IMG/VR virus record: IMGVR_UViG_3300033049_000066
Coordinates: 229,279 to 293,278 of that record
DNA length: 64,000 bases
Direction: 5' to 3' (one strand)
Position numbers and translations under genes: made by a program. Positions 40,257-50,700 of this stretch are shown piece by piece. Position 1 is the first letter of the stretch, and each line of letters starts with the position of its first letter. The notes under the pieces were generated by a model. That model saw only the letters and a program-made list of their open reading frames with translations, was not told where the DNA came from and searched no databases.

Positions 40257-40943
40257 AATCCTTCATAGCTTCGTGATAATCACTAGCAAAATCCTTCATA
40301 GCTTCGTGATACGCATCTTCATCTTCGTAGCCACCATCAGCGTAGATTTTGTAAGCAGCGAAGTGAGCCTCAGCCTCTTCCACCACTCGCTTCATTTCCT
40401 CAATAGTAAAAGAAACAGTAACCTCTTCCCCGCAGTATCCACCCGGAACAGCCACCTCAATCTCACCGTAAGAATCCACCTCAACGTTAAACATCACCTT
40501 TCTGTTGTATTCTATCATGCTATCTCCTACAAAATGTCGTCTATTGCGCGTATCACTTCATCGTACGCAAATTCCTTGCCATCATCTACCGCACGTTCTT
40601 CGTCCGACCCGTACAAAAACTGATCGGTAACACGGTACCGAGCCTCTTCACACTCAGCTCGTAGTTTTAGCAAGTTTGCTTCAAAATACTCGGCTCTCGC
40701 TTTGTATACGCTAAATTCTTCCATTGTAAAAGTTGCTTTTGGCATAATATTCTCTTAAAAGTTGCGTACGAATTCAATTTCGCTAAGCTTGAATGTTTTG
40801 TAACAAAATGAGCCCTGAAACGGCATATTCATGTTGCTAACACGTACGGTACCTTTAACAATATCAGTATCCATTACACGTGCAAATTCGTTCATATGTC
40901 CTTTTTTAAACTTCTTAATGCGTACTATATCCATTATATCCAT
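40243..40943 (-). CDS. Three small early ORFs (40243-40518, 40527-40745, 40755-40943)
   Basis: Operon behind a promoter repeat, with RBSs. Confidence 0.7.
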
Positions 40944-41092
40944 AATCTTTCCTTTGCTTGTTATCTAACTGTTATATACATTATATGACAAGTAGCGCCA
41001 AAGGTCAACCTCTATTTGCAGATATTTAAGATTATTTTAGATTATTTTAGATTATTTAAGGGCTCTCTTGGACACGATGACGGTTTATAGAC

Positions 41093-41124
41093 GCAAGTGC
41101 CGATGTTATAACATCGGCACTTGC
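41093..41124. repeat. Perfect 32-bp palindrome
   Basis: GCAAGTGCCGATGTTA|TAACATCGGCACTTGC. Confidence 0.95.
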
Positions 41125-41174
41125 ATCACGGTTTGGTTGATTCTATTATGCTATTTCCTACGAAATATCGTTTA

Positions 41175-41336
41175 CTACCTTACTAACTCGTAACTATCAT
41201 ATTCTTCTTCATTTATGAAGAAGTATTCTTCGTTACCATCAGTAGTTATTACCACAATGTGACTGTCGTGAACCTCTGTAACTATTAGTTCTTCACCACT
41301 GTCTATATATCTAATTGTGTTGTTTGTTTTGAACAT
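41175..41336 (-). CDS. Small acidic protein (53 aa), not in the ORF track
   Basis: AGGAG RBS behind a promoter repeat; MFKTNNTIRYIDSGEELIVTEV... Confidence 0.7.
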   Translation of the reverse strand: MFKTNNTIRYIDSGEELIVTEVHDSHIVVITTDGNEEYFFINEEEYDSYELVR

Positions 41337-41431
41337 TCGTTTTCTCCTACGAAATATTGTTATCTAACTGTTATATACATTATATGACAAGTAGCGCCAA
41401 AGGTCAACCTCTAATTGCGGTTATTAGCAAA

Positions 41432-41689
41432 TTATTCGTAATTTTCGCTTAAAATCTGTTCATTTGCTTCATTTAGCGCAATAGGAACAATTTTTACATG
41501 ATGTTCACTAATGCGCATGTGATATGTGCTAAAAGGCTTATTATATTTCTCAATAAATAACGCCAGTTCCTTCTCGGCCGTTTTGACCTTGTTGAAAATG
41601 CCGACAATGCTTGTCGTAGACCCATAATTGCCAGATCGGCCCGGAATTGATGCGATTATCATGTAACCTGTTGATGTAAAATGATTCAT
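41432..41689 (-). CDS. Small early protein
   Basis: Sits exactly between two promoter repeats. Confidence 0.7.
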   Translation of the reverse strand: MNHFTSTGYMIIASIPGRSGNYGSTTSIVGIFNKVKTAEKELALFIEKYNKPFSTYHMRISEHHVKIVPIALNEANEQILSENYE

Positions 41690-42091
41690 AATCTTTCCTT
41701 TCTCTCGTTATCTAACTGTTATATACATTATATGACATATAGCGCCAAAGGTCAACCTCTAATTGCGGTTATTAGCAAATTAAATTTAACTGTGCTAAGT
41801 CGTTGATTTTAAAATAATGCTGTTTTGTGGTGTTTTATACTATATAGTGTATCAACACGCACGATAAGAAACAAAAACGCCGTTAAAAACCACTATTCTT
41901 ATATAAATCAATGACTTACCAATATATTACTCTGCATAGTAACTCTATATAAATCAATGACTTACACCATTCTGCCGTCTTTCCTGGATAAGTGTATATA
42001 TAATAAAGTACAGAAGATAAAAATAAAGGTAGACATTTAGGATTACTTGTCGTATAATAGTAATACAAATTAGGAACTAGGAGTTCATAGC

Positions 42092-43282
42092 ATGGCAAAA
42101 GCAAAAACAAAAGCAAATAGAGCACGAGTTAACGGAACAGCACCATTGAATCCATCAGCTGACACATTACGCATTGGATTTGATAACGCAAAATACGTTG
42201 GGCACGAGCCGCTTTGGAACGAAGTTGCTTTGACTGAGGAAAATCGCCAGTCACATTTAGCAAACGGGTTCAACTGGTACAATCACAGCTTCAATCATAA
42301 AGACGCTAGAGTATTCCTAGCAGAATTCCTTACAGTGAACAAGCGCATGGATGAAGCTAAGAAGGTTAAACGTGCGAAAGATTACGCATTTCCGAACGCA
42401 TTGGGTTGGATGGCACGTATGACAATGATGGGTTGGGAACTCGACGCACTAGAAACTGAACGTGTCGAAGGCGCAATTACAAAAGCAATCGCATCTGTTG
42501 TCGCAAAAGTAGAAGTTGAAGACAGTGAAAAGCCAGCTAAAGCAAAATTTAATATTCAAGAGCTTATGCGCGAAAAGTCAGCAGCAGCCGGCGGCGAGCT
42601 TGAAGGCATGCTAGATGATTACATTGCCAATGGCGCATTGTCAAAGCACGGCCTGAAGCCAATTGACGTACTTAAAACAGCAAATATCTTACCAGCACAT
42701 GCAGGCGTTGAAATTGCGCACTGGACAGGCGTACTAGCTGAACTAAAAGAAGCAAAAGCTGGTAAAGATGCTGATTTAACTGAAGCTTACAGCAGCTACA
42801 ACAAAATTCAGCTACGAAACATCATGAAATTTGTTGAACTTATTATATCTGATTACAATGGTTACGTCGCATTTAAAAAGTCAACGAAGAAAGTACGTAA
42901 GAAAAAAGTTAAAACTCCTGAGCAGCTTGCGTTCAAGCTGAAATTTCTTGCTACTGACAAAGATTTGAAGCTTACGAGCATCAAACCAGCTAAAATCATC
43001 GGCACAAAAGAGCTATTCGCTTATGATGTTAAGAAACGCAAACTAATGTATTTCGTAGCAGATGAATATGCAGGCGAGCTTACTATTAAAAATAACACAA
43101 TAGTTGGCTTTGATGTAATGAAGTCAGTACAGAAGACCGTACGTAAACCAGCAGAACAGCTCAAAGGATTTACGTCAGCAAGCCGTCCAAATACCCGCAA
43201 ACTATTCAAGGATACTAAGTCCGTAGAAGTAAAAGTAAGCGGTCGATTTAATGAAAACATTGTAATACTGAAATGTTTCTAA
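42092..43282 (+). CDS. Hypothetical early protein (396 aa)
   Basis: TAGACA-17-TATAAT promoter and AGGAG RBS; NWYN and KTVRKPAEQL...GRFNE motifs. Confidence 0.8.
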   Translation: MAKAKTKANRARVNGTAPLNPSADTLRIGFDNAKYVGHEPLWNEVALTEENRQSHLANGFNWYNHSFNHKDARVFLAEFLTVNKRMDEAKKVKRAKDYAFPNALGWMARMTMMGWELDALETERVEGAITKAIASVVAKVEVEDSEKPAKAKFNIQELMREKSAAAGGELEGMLDDYIANGALSKHGLKPIDVLKTANILPAHAGVEIAHWTGVLAELKEAKAGKDADLTEAYSSYNKIQLRNIMKFVELIISDYNGYVAFKKSTKKVRKKKVKTPEQLAFKLKFLATDKDLKLTSIKPAKIIGTKELFAYDVKKRKLMYFVADEYAGELTIKNNTIVGFDVMKSVQKTVRKPAEQLKGFTSASRPNTRKLFKDTKSVEVKVSGRFNENIVILKCF

Positions 43283-43296
43283 CTAGGAGTAACACA

Positions 43297-43509
43297 ATGA
43301 AGATCTACATGCTATTATTCAGCACTGCTATGCTAATGTCCTGTGACCACCGCCTTGGTCCAGTTGAAATTTTAACAGCACAAGAAAAATGTAAGAGCAA
43401 TAATGGCATCTCGTACCTTAAGGTTGAGTCTCACTATTATGATGTTATCTGTAAGAATGGTGCAACATTTCCAACCTTGCCCACCTCCATCATTCGCAAA
43501 GCACAATGA
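43297..43509 (+). CDS. Putative lipoprotein
   Basis: MKIYMLLFSTAMLMS-C lipobox-like signal; AGGAG RBS. Confidence 0.65.
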   Translation: MKIYMLLFSTAMLMSCDHRLGPVEILTAQEKCKSNNGISYLKVESHYYDVICKNGATFPTLPTSIIRKAQ

Positions 43510-43619
43510 AAGTCAACGAACGATACCAATACAATAAGAGCGACATGAATGTCGCTCTATTCGCCGGGATAGTAATCGGCGCACTTATTGCAATCCTATT
43601 AAATGTAATTTTTTGTTAA
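43506..43619 (+). CDS. 37-aa membrane peptide, not in the ORF track
   Basis: ATGA-coupled; VALFAGIVIGALIAILLNVIFC. Confidence 0.6.
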   Translation: MKVNERYQYNKSDMNVALFAGIVIGALIAILLNVIFC

Positions 43620-43628
43620 GGAATACTA

Positions 43629-44027
43629 ATGATTAGCTCAATGAAAGCTACAATTAAAAGATGGTTCAATTGGACCACTCCAGAGAAACGCTTCGCTACA
43701 GCATTTTGGCTGGGGGTCTTGTTCAACACATTTATAATGTTGTTTCTTCAGGACTATAGGGGCAAGGAAGCGTACATTGCCTACGTTGCCGAGAACTGGA
43801 CGAATATACACTGGGCAGTTTGGATCCCGCTGATCATCGGCGTTCTGCTACTATACAATCGCAACCGGCAAAAATTTGAAAAGGAAATGGCTTGGATGCT
43901 AATTAAAAATCCAATGAAGGTAAATGTTGAGGCAGATGCCGCAAAACCAAACGTTACTAGCTCACGCTGGTGGAATACTCCGCCACCCCGACCCCCCCCA
44001 CCCCCGACCCCACCACCGAAGAAATAA
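43629..44027 (+). CDS. Two-TM membrane protein with polyproline tail
   Basis: Two hydrophobic segments; ends TPPPRPPPPPTPPPKK. Confidence 0.7.
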   Translation: MISSMKATIKRWFNWTTPEKRFATAFWLGVLFNTFIMLFLQDYRGKEAYIAYVAENWTNIHWAVWIPLIIGVLLLYNRNRQKFEKEMAWMLIKNPMKVNVEADAAKPNVTSSRWWNTPPPRPPPPPTPPPKK

Positions 44028-44043
44028 TTCAGAGGATTAAGCT

Positions 44044-44565
44044 ATGAGCGAAACAAAAAGATTTAGTCTAGTAGTATACGACGGAATAAATTTATTCCGT
44101 GACGGAACGTGGACTAAATTAGAGTTCAAGACAGTTGAAGAAGGCCAAGAGGTTATTGGATTCCTAGAGACACTAAATGATGAGCAAGTGGATCAATGGA
44201 TTAGATTACAATCGTACATGAATGGCTCACACATGTCATTTAATCGACTAAAATATAACACGTCATACAGCGGCCAAACTACAAATCACAACACTCGAAC
44301 AATGAAAGATGGGAAATGGAAGGAAACTCCAAATTCCGGCAGCGAGTGTATCCAAGCAGTGAATTTCTTCGACGTACAATGGTCTAATTGCCCGATAGAA
44401 GTTGCAGATGAAGTACGGCAATTATGGCGAGATGTTGAGTACGGTAACGATGCTTACTTTTACGACTGGGAGGATGCTGACCCAGATACGGAAAATTATC
44501 CAGTAATTAAAAAGTATTTAAAATCACGTGGCATTACTGAATGCCACATACATTGGTGGTGGTAA
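44044..44565 (+). CDS. Hypothetical protein
   Basis: 173-aa ORF with RBS. Confidence 0.65.
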   Translation: MSETKRFSLVVYDGINLFRDGTWTKLEFKTVEEGQEVIGFLETLNDEQVDQWIRLQSYMNGSHMSFNRLKYNTSYSGQTTNHNTRTMKDGKWKETPNSGSECIQAVNFFDVQWSNCPIEVADEVRQLWRDVEYGNDAYFYDWEDADPDTENYPVIKKYLKSRGITECHIHWWW

Positions 44566-44567
44566 TC

Positions 44568-44894
44568 ATGAGCAGAGAAGAGCTACAGAACGAGTTCGAT
44601 GACGTATTAGATCGCGAAAAGGAAGAAGAGAGAACAAAGCCCCCGAAGCAACATCAGGTGTTCATCATGAACGATGATTATAGTACCTGGCCGTTTGTGA
44701 TTGAATGCTTGATGAAATTCTTTGGGCAAACAGCGGAGCAAGCGGAAAGAACCACAACGACTATCCACACAAAAGGCAAAGGTCTCGCAGGCACCTACAC
44801 AAAAGACATTGCCGAGACGAAAGCCCGAGCTATGAATGAATACGCACAAACCAATGGCATGCCGCTACATGCTGAAACTGAGGAAGCACCATGA
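44568..44894 (+). CDS. clpS: ClpS N-degron adaptor
   Basis: V...NDDYST..FVI..L.KFF.....A......IH.KGKG.AG.YTKDIAETK.....A.....PL. Confidence 0.9.
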   Translation: MSREELQNEFDDVLDREKEEERTKPPKQHQVFIMNDDYSTWPFVIECLMKFFGQTAEQAERTTTTIHTKGKGLAGTYTKDIAETKARAMNEYAQTNGMPLHAETEEAP

Positions 44895-45196
44895 AGAGAG
44901 TAACCGTACTAGCAACAATTTTGATCGTCTTGTCTGTGGGGATGAATATCTTTACTTATTATGAGAAATCTCTGCCCATTGAGTGGCAAGGCGACCTACA
45001 GTATACATACCCGGGTATGTTTGCCGGCACAGCGTTGATCGTCAGACCCCCAGGCACCGAAGGACTAGCGATTGTAGATATGGATCAAGCAGTCTTCTTT
45101 GTTACAGAATTTGGAGATCCGATGAACTGTGCTGTGCTTAGCCTACGCACGCCAAGCGGCACTCTCCATGGCGAGTGCGTAGAAGGTCATAAATAG
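44891..45196 (+). CDS. Hypothetical exported/membrane protein
   Basis: N-terminal hydrophobic signal; ATGA-coupled. Confidence 0.6.
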   Translation: MKRVTVLATILIVLSVGMNIFTYYEKSLPIEWQGDLQYTYPGMFAGTALIVRPPGTEGLAIVDMDQAVFFVTEFGDPMNCAVLSLRTPSGTLHGECVEGHK

Positions 45197-45219
45197 TTTA
45201 AACTCAGCGAGAAAACTAT

Positions 45220-45969
45220 ATGGCAAATTTACAAGATATGAAAAAGGGTGTATTTGATTACGCTTCTGCAATGCTAGGTTCAGGAATGATAGATTTATCC
45301 CTTGACCCTATTCATTACGAAACAGCCTACGCACGAGCACTTGGCGTCTATCGCCAACGTGCGCAAAATGCGTATGAAGAATCGTATGTCTGGATTGACC
45401 TCGCTCAAGGAGAATCGGATTATACCTTGCCGCAAGAAGTTACTGAGGTCCGACAGGTATTTCGTAGAACGTTTGGATCCGTTGGCGGAGATTCAGCATT
45501 TGATCCGTTTAGCTCGGCAGTCATCAACACCTATGTATTGAACCTGGGCGGCACCGGCGGCCTAGCAACGTGGGAGATGTACACGCAGAAGTTAGAACTG
45601 GCCGCAAGAATGTTTGGTGGCTTTATGAATTTCACCTTCAACCCCAGCACTAAGCGAATCAAATTCGTGAGAAATATCACAGCAAGCGGAGAAACGGTTT
45701 TACTCTGGACCTACAACATGAAACCTGAAATCCAGCTGCTTACAGAATTGCAAATCTCACAGTGGATGAAAGACTACACCTACGCAAACTGTAAGTACAT
45801 GGAAGGCGAAGCCCGTGAAAAGTTTCAAACCATCGCCGGCCCAAATGGCGGAACTAGCCTCAACGGCTCCCAGCTAAAATCTGAAGCTCAGGCGCACATG
45901 GAACGTCTTGAAGACGACTTGAAGAAATACGTAGATGGCAGCGATCCAATTTCCTGGGTAATCGGCTAA
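45220..45969 (+). CDS. gp13: Neck protein
   Basis: LG.GMIDL.LD..H, W.KDYT.A.CK...GEAR.KF..I.GP.GG..LNG. Confidence 0.88.
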   Translation: MANLQDMKKGVFDYASAMLGSGMIDLSLDPIHYETAYARALGVYRQRAQNAYEESYVWIDLAQGESDYTLPQEVTEVRQVFRRTFGSVGGDSAFDPFSSAVINTYVLNLGGTGGLATWEMYTQKLELAARMFGGFMNFTFNPSTKRIKFVRNITASGETVLLWTYNMKPEIQLLTELQISQWMKDYTYANCKYMEGEAREKFQTIAGPNGGTSLNGSQLKSEAQAHMERLEDDLKKYVDGSDPISWVIG

Positions 45970-46011
45970 CTAAAATTTGACAAACCTGTTTAACTATAGT
46001 ATACTATACAA

Positions 46012-46545
46012 ATGCTACAAAAATATACTGACCTAATGATAGATATAGAGACGATTGACGTCTTGCCGACCTCCGCAATTCTTACAATCGGAGCACAGGG
46101 ATTTAACCCTTTTAGCGACAAATTCACCGACGTTACATTTTACAAACGATTAACACTTGAATCCCAAGCTGATCGTACCATTGACGACGGCACAGTTGCG
46201 TGGTGGGGGAACCAATCTGCCGACGCACAAGAAGAGGCCCTTAGTGATGGCGATGACAGAGTTGATATTAAACCCGCCCTGCAAGAATTATCAAAAATCG
46301 CGTGGAAACATAAGCGAATCTGGGCAAATGGAATTACATTCGACATGGTAATTCTTGAAAATGCGATGCGACAGTACGGCGTCAATTGCCCCTGGAAATT
46401 CTGGCAAGTTTTAGACGCAAGAACCATCTACAAACTAACCAACGCAAAGCCACTAGGCAACAATCACAACGCTCTCGCAGATTGCGTGAATCAAATCGAC
46501 ACACTACAGCAGTCGATCCAGCAACTTGGCATTACAAAGATTTAA
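46012..46545 (+). CDS. DEDDh 3'-5' exonuclease
   Basis: MIDIET, WANG..FD..ILE, HNALAD; promoter TTGACA-17-TATACT upstream. Confidence 0.9.
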   Translation: MLQKYTDLMIDIETIDVLPTSAILTIGAQGFNPFSDKFTDVTFYKRLTLESQADRTIDDGTVAWWGNQSADAQEEALSDGDDRVDIKPALQELSKIAWKHKRIWANGITFDMVILENAMRQYGVNCPWKFWQVLDARTIYKLTNAKPLGNNHNALADCVNQIDTLQQSIQQLGITKI

Positions 46546-46892
46546 TTATCGGGAGTTAACCCCAAGTCCTTAGCCCAGGGCATATCTTGTTTCTCGACCG
46601 CAACCGCACAATTCAAACAAATCGATCTCAGATTAGTACGCTGAGTATTTTTTAAGTCACCGTCAACATAGTAAACTATAATCTGTTTACCCCACCTCGC
46701 CTTGAAGTGGCACTTGTCACACTCTGTCTTTTTCTTGTAGCCAGTTTTCGTCCAGTTCGGAATAGCAGCCTTCACCCCACGTCCTGTGCGAATACAATTG
46801 TCACACTTGGACCGATAATACGTTTTACCATTGCGTTTATAGTTGATGCTGGCGTGTCTTTGGTTGCAAGCCGCACATATCGGTCGTTTCAT
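46542..46892 (-). CDS. Zn-finger / degenerate HNH-like protein
   Basis: Four CxxC pairs; VYYVDGDLKN....NL..ICLNC lacks the usual HNH His; late promoter at 46898. Confidence 0.7.
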   Translation of the reverse strand: MKRPICAACNQRHASINYKRNGKTYYRSKCDNCIRTGRGVKAAIPNWTKTGYKKKTECDKCHFKARWGKQIIVYYVDGDLKNTQRTNLRSICLNCAVAVEKQDMPWAKDLGLTPDN

Positions 46893-47011
46893 GCAGGTAT
46901 TTATCTCGCAGTTCTTTCCAAAGGTGAAAAACCCGGCCGATAAGTGACTGTAATATGAAGATTCAAATAAATAGAAGCAAAGAGACAGATTCAATCAAAT
47001 TAGGAGATTAG

Positions 47012-47680
47012 ATGTTAACATACTTTACAATATATAAAGTCAGCAATTTACTCAATGGGAAATTTTATATCGGACAGCATCAAACTACAGATTTACAAGA
47101 TACCTATTTAGGTAGCGGAACGTCGGTAGTAAGGGCTATTAAAAAGTATGGTCGGCTGAACTTTTCTAAGGAAGTTTTATTTGTATTTGATAATTTTGAT
47201 GAAATGAATAACAAGGAAATTGAAATGGTTACTGAGGGATTAATTAAACATCCACTATGTTACAATCAAGTAATAGGCGGACAAGGTGATAATTCCAAAT
47301 CATTAAAGGAATACGTTAGAACTCCAGCGCATTGTGCTGCGTTAAGCAAAGCGAAGCTAGGTAGAACGCAAGATCCGCTAGTCGTTGAAAGACGAGCAAA
47401 AACTTGTAAAGCAAATCGAGCTAAAATGTCTCAAGAAGAGCGAAATGCACGATTTGGTCAGTGTGGTGAAGCTAATGGATTTTATAATAAACAGCATACA
47501 GCAGATTCAAAACAAAAAATAAGAGATACAATCGGAGATAGCAGAAAAGGAAAGTACAATGCTAACGCCAGATCAATTACTATAGACAATATAGCATATC
47601 AGACTCATAAAGAATGTATGCAACAACTTGGGCTATCGAAGCGAAAGCTCAAAAAATTAAAGAAATCTTTGGGAATTTAA
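47012..47680 (+). mobile_element. Free-standing GIY-YIG (Seg-like) homing endonuclease
   Basis: TIYKVSNLLNGKFYIGQH...YLGSG...KKYG..NF.KE; NUMOD3-like N.FYNKQHT. Confidence 0.92.
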
Positions 47681-47708
47681 GAATGAATAATATTAAGGAG
47701 AGAAAAAA

Positions 47709-50700
47709 ATGTTAGTATCACCAGGAGTTGAGGTCACAATTATAGACGAAAGTCAGTACACTTCAGCAGGACAAAATACAGTACCGTACATCTTGTTAGC
47801 TACAGCGGAAAATAAATTAACCCCAGCTGGCACAGGAATTGCATCGGGTACATTAGCATCGGCATTAGGCGATGTTTATTTAATTACAAGTCAACGCGAA
47901 CTTGTTAACACATTTGGTAATCCAAACTTTGTTAAAACATCCGGCGGTGACGCAATACACGGTTATGAACTAAACGAGTACGGCTTAATGGCTGCTTACT
48001 CCGTCTTAGGAGCAACTAACCGAGCATACGTCCAACGTGTTGATGTTGACCTAGCAGAAATTGAAGCTTCTGTAGTACGCCCAATAGGTGCGGCGAGCGA
48101 GGGTACATATTGGTTTGATTTAGCTGAATCAGTTTATGGTTTGTTTGTATGGAACGCGACCGCGAATACCTTTACAAACGTCGAGCCTCTTGTTATTACT
48201 GATAACGCTGACTTAGTCTCAGATGGTGGCGTGCCACTAGCAAGCATAGGAACAGTAGATTCATATGCGATTGTCACAACTGATTCAAATAATACAGTAT
48301 ACTGGAAGAACTATGCTAATGTATGGGTAGTTGTCGGATCCGACGCATGGAAATTAACTACTCCTGTTACTGTCGGAACCACAACTCCGTCAGCAGCAGT
48401 CACTGCCGGTGCGTTTGATGTTATTACAGTAACTACACCAGGCCCTACTACAATCACCGTAACTGGGCTTGCCTCATTTGCACTTCAAGTAGCTGAAATT
48501 GTTGGTCAATTACCGGCAGAAGTTTCTGCATTCATCAAAGATGGAGCAATAGCATTTGCAACTTCCGACGCAACGTTAGAAATTAATAACCCAACTACTA
48601 CAACACTAACCGAGCTTGGGATTACAGCCGCAGTTTACAACTCATCTACAATGGCACACGATACTCACATTAATGTACCACGTTGGAGAGCAACAGATAC
48701 AACGCCTCGCCCAACCGGTTCAATGTGGCAGAAGACAACTTCAGTCAATAATGGCTTATCGGTAGTTGTTAAACGTTATAATTCAGTTACTGCCACATTT
48801 GACGTACAGTCAGCACCTGCTTACCTTGACGACGTAGCGGCAAACGCTGCTCTAGACCCAGGCACAGGCGGATCTGCTATACCAAGCGGTGACACTTATG
48901 TACAGTACGATGTCAACGAAGATAATAGTGCTACACTGAAATTATTTAGACGCACTGGCGGCACAACTTCTGTTACTGGCACCAATGGCACAATTGCTTT
49001 ACCGTTAGTATTTGCGATAGGCGATGCTTTTACAATCCAAGCAAGCCTAAAAAATAATGATACATTGCCAGCAGCAGTAACAGTCACCTTAACAGGTACT
49101 ACAGCAGCAGATTTTGTAGCAGACTTAGCAGCAGCCGGCGTAACAAATGTCGCATCATCTGTTACAGCAACCGGTCGTATTACAATTGAACACACTGCCG
49201 GCGGCGTAATTGTACTTAATGATACAACTAATGCTCCGATAGCAAACATCGGTATTACTGATGCACTTGACAATGTTCGTTTAAATGCCGCAGGTGATTT
49301 AGTACTTAGTAACTGGAACTTCTTAACTTACACAGCAGAAGCCACAGTGCCTGGGCAAGATCCTTTGAACGACACACGCTGGTACTATTCAGCAATTGAT
49401 CAAATTGACATTATGATCCACGAAGGTGGCTCTTGGATCGGATATAAGAATGCTACTACCGACATACGTGGGCATGACTTATCCCTTACTAATCCAACCG
49501 GTCCGATTGTTAGTGCAACTGCCCCGGTTCTTCAAACAGATGATACAGATCTTGAACTTGGTGACTTGTGGCTTGATACAAGCGACTTGGAAAATTATCC
49601 AGTAATACGTCGTTGGGAAGCCGATGTAAACTCTGTAGAAAGTTGGACATTAATTGACAACGCTGATCAAACATCTACTAACGGCATATTATTTGAAGAT
49701 GCACGTTGGGGTTTAACTGGTGAAGAAGATATAGCAGCTGGCGATTTTATAGCAATTACTGATTTATTGCTTAGCAATCAGCTTGATCCAGATGCGCCAG
49801 ATTCAACACTATACCCAGATGGCATGTTACTTTGGAATACACGACGCAGCGGTTACAACGTTAAAGAATATCGCGTTAACTACTTCAACGGTACGGACTT
49901 CGATCTTTCGTCATTGCCTAACATTCATCCGAACGCTTGGGTTACAGTATCCGGCAAGAAAGATGACGGAAGCGCAAACTTTGGTCGACTAGCCCAACGT
50001 AGTTTGATAGTTGAAGCAATGAAAGCTGCGATCGATACAAACACAGACATCCGTGAAGAACAACGCCAATTCAACCTTATCGCAGTACCTGGATATCCAG
50101 AGCTAATACCGAACATGGTTGCGTTAAACAATGAACGTTCAAATACAGCATTTGTAGTCGGTGATTCACCACTGCGCCTAGCTAATAACGGAACAGACAT
50201 TGCTAAATGGGCATCTAACAACGACGGACTTGGTGTTTCGACCAATGACGGACTTGCAAGTAACGATGAGTATTTAGGTGTTTTCTATCCAAGTGGTAGA
50301 ACTAACGACTTAACTGGAACTTCAATTATTGTGCCTCCAAGTCACATGATACTTCGTACCATTATACACAGCGACGAACAAGCCTATCCGTGGCTCGCAC
50401 CAGCTGGAACACGCCGAGGTCAAGTTGACAACGCAGACGCAATTGGTTATGTTGACGCAGTTACTGGTGAATTCCAGCAGATGTCTACACGCCAAGGAGT
50501 ACGTGATGTGCTTTACACTAATAACGTAAATCCAATCACATTCATTCCAGGTTCAGGCATTGTTAACTTCGGTAACAAAACTACCAAGTCTGGTTCAGCA
50601 CTTGATCGTATTAATGTATCACGTTTAGTATCGTTTATTCGTGTACAAGCTGATGCAATTGCGAAACAATTTGTATTTGAACCTAACGACAAACTAACAC

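Larger units (their letters stand above)
39669..41781 (-). promoter_or_regulatory. Four near-identical ~70-nt early promoter repeats (39686-39751, 40961-41027, 41360-41434, 41708-41781)
   Basis: AGAGG-TTGACC-17 nt-TATAAT-GTATATAACAGTTAGATAA in each copy. Confidence 0.93.
39845..41964. promoter_or_regulatory. Five IHF-consensus sites (39845-57, 39901-13, 41796-808 inverted, 41906-18, 41952-64)
   Basis: Exact matches to WATCAANNNNTTR, all of the form AATCAA(T/C)(A/G)ACTTA. Confidence 0.65.

Noticed and set aside
41019-41060. AGATTATTTT decamer repeats as replication iterons
   Set aside because: They lie just upstream of a -35 box and also occur once at the 39.75-kb promoter, so a phased A-tract/UP element is the simpler explanation.
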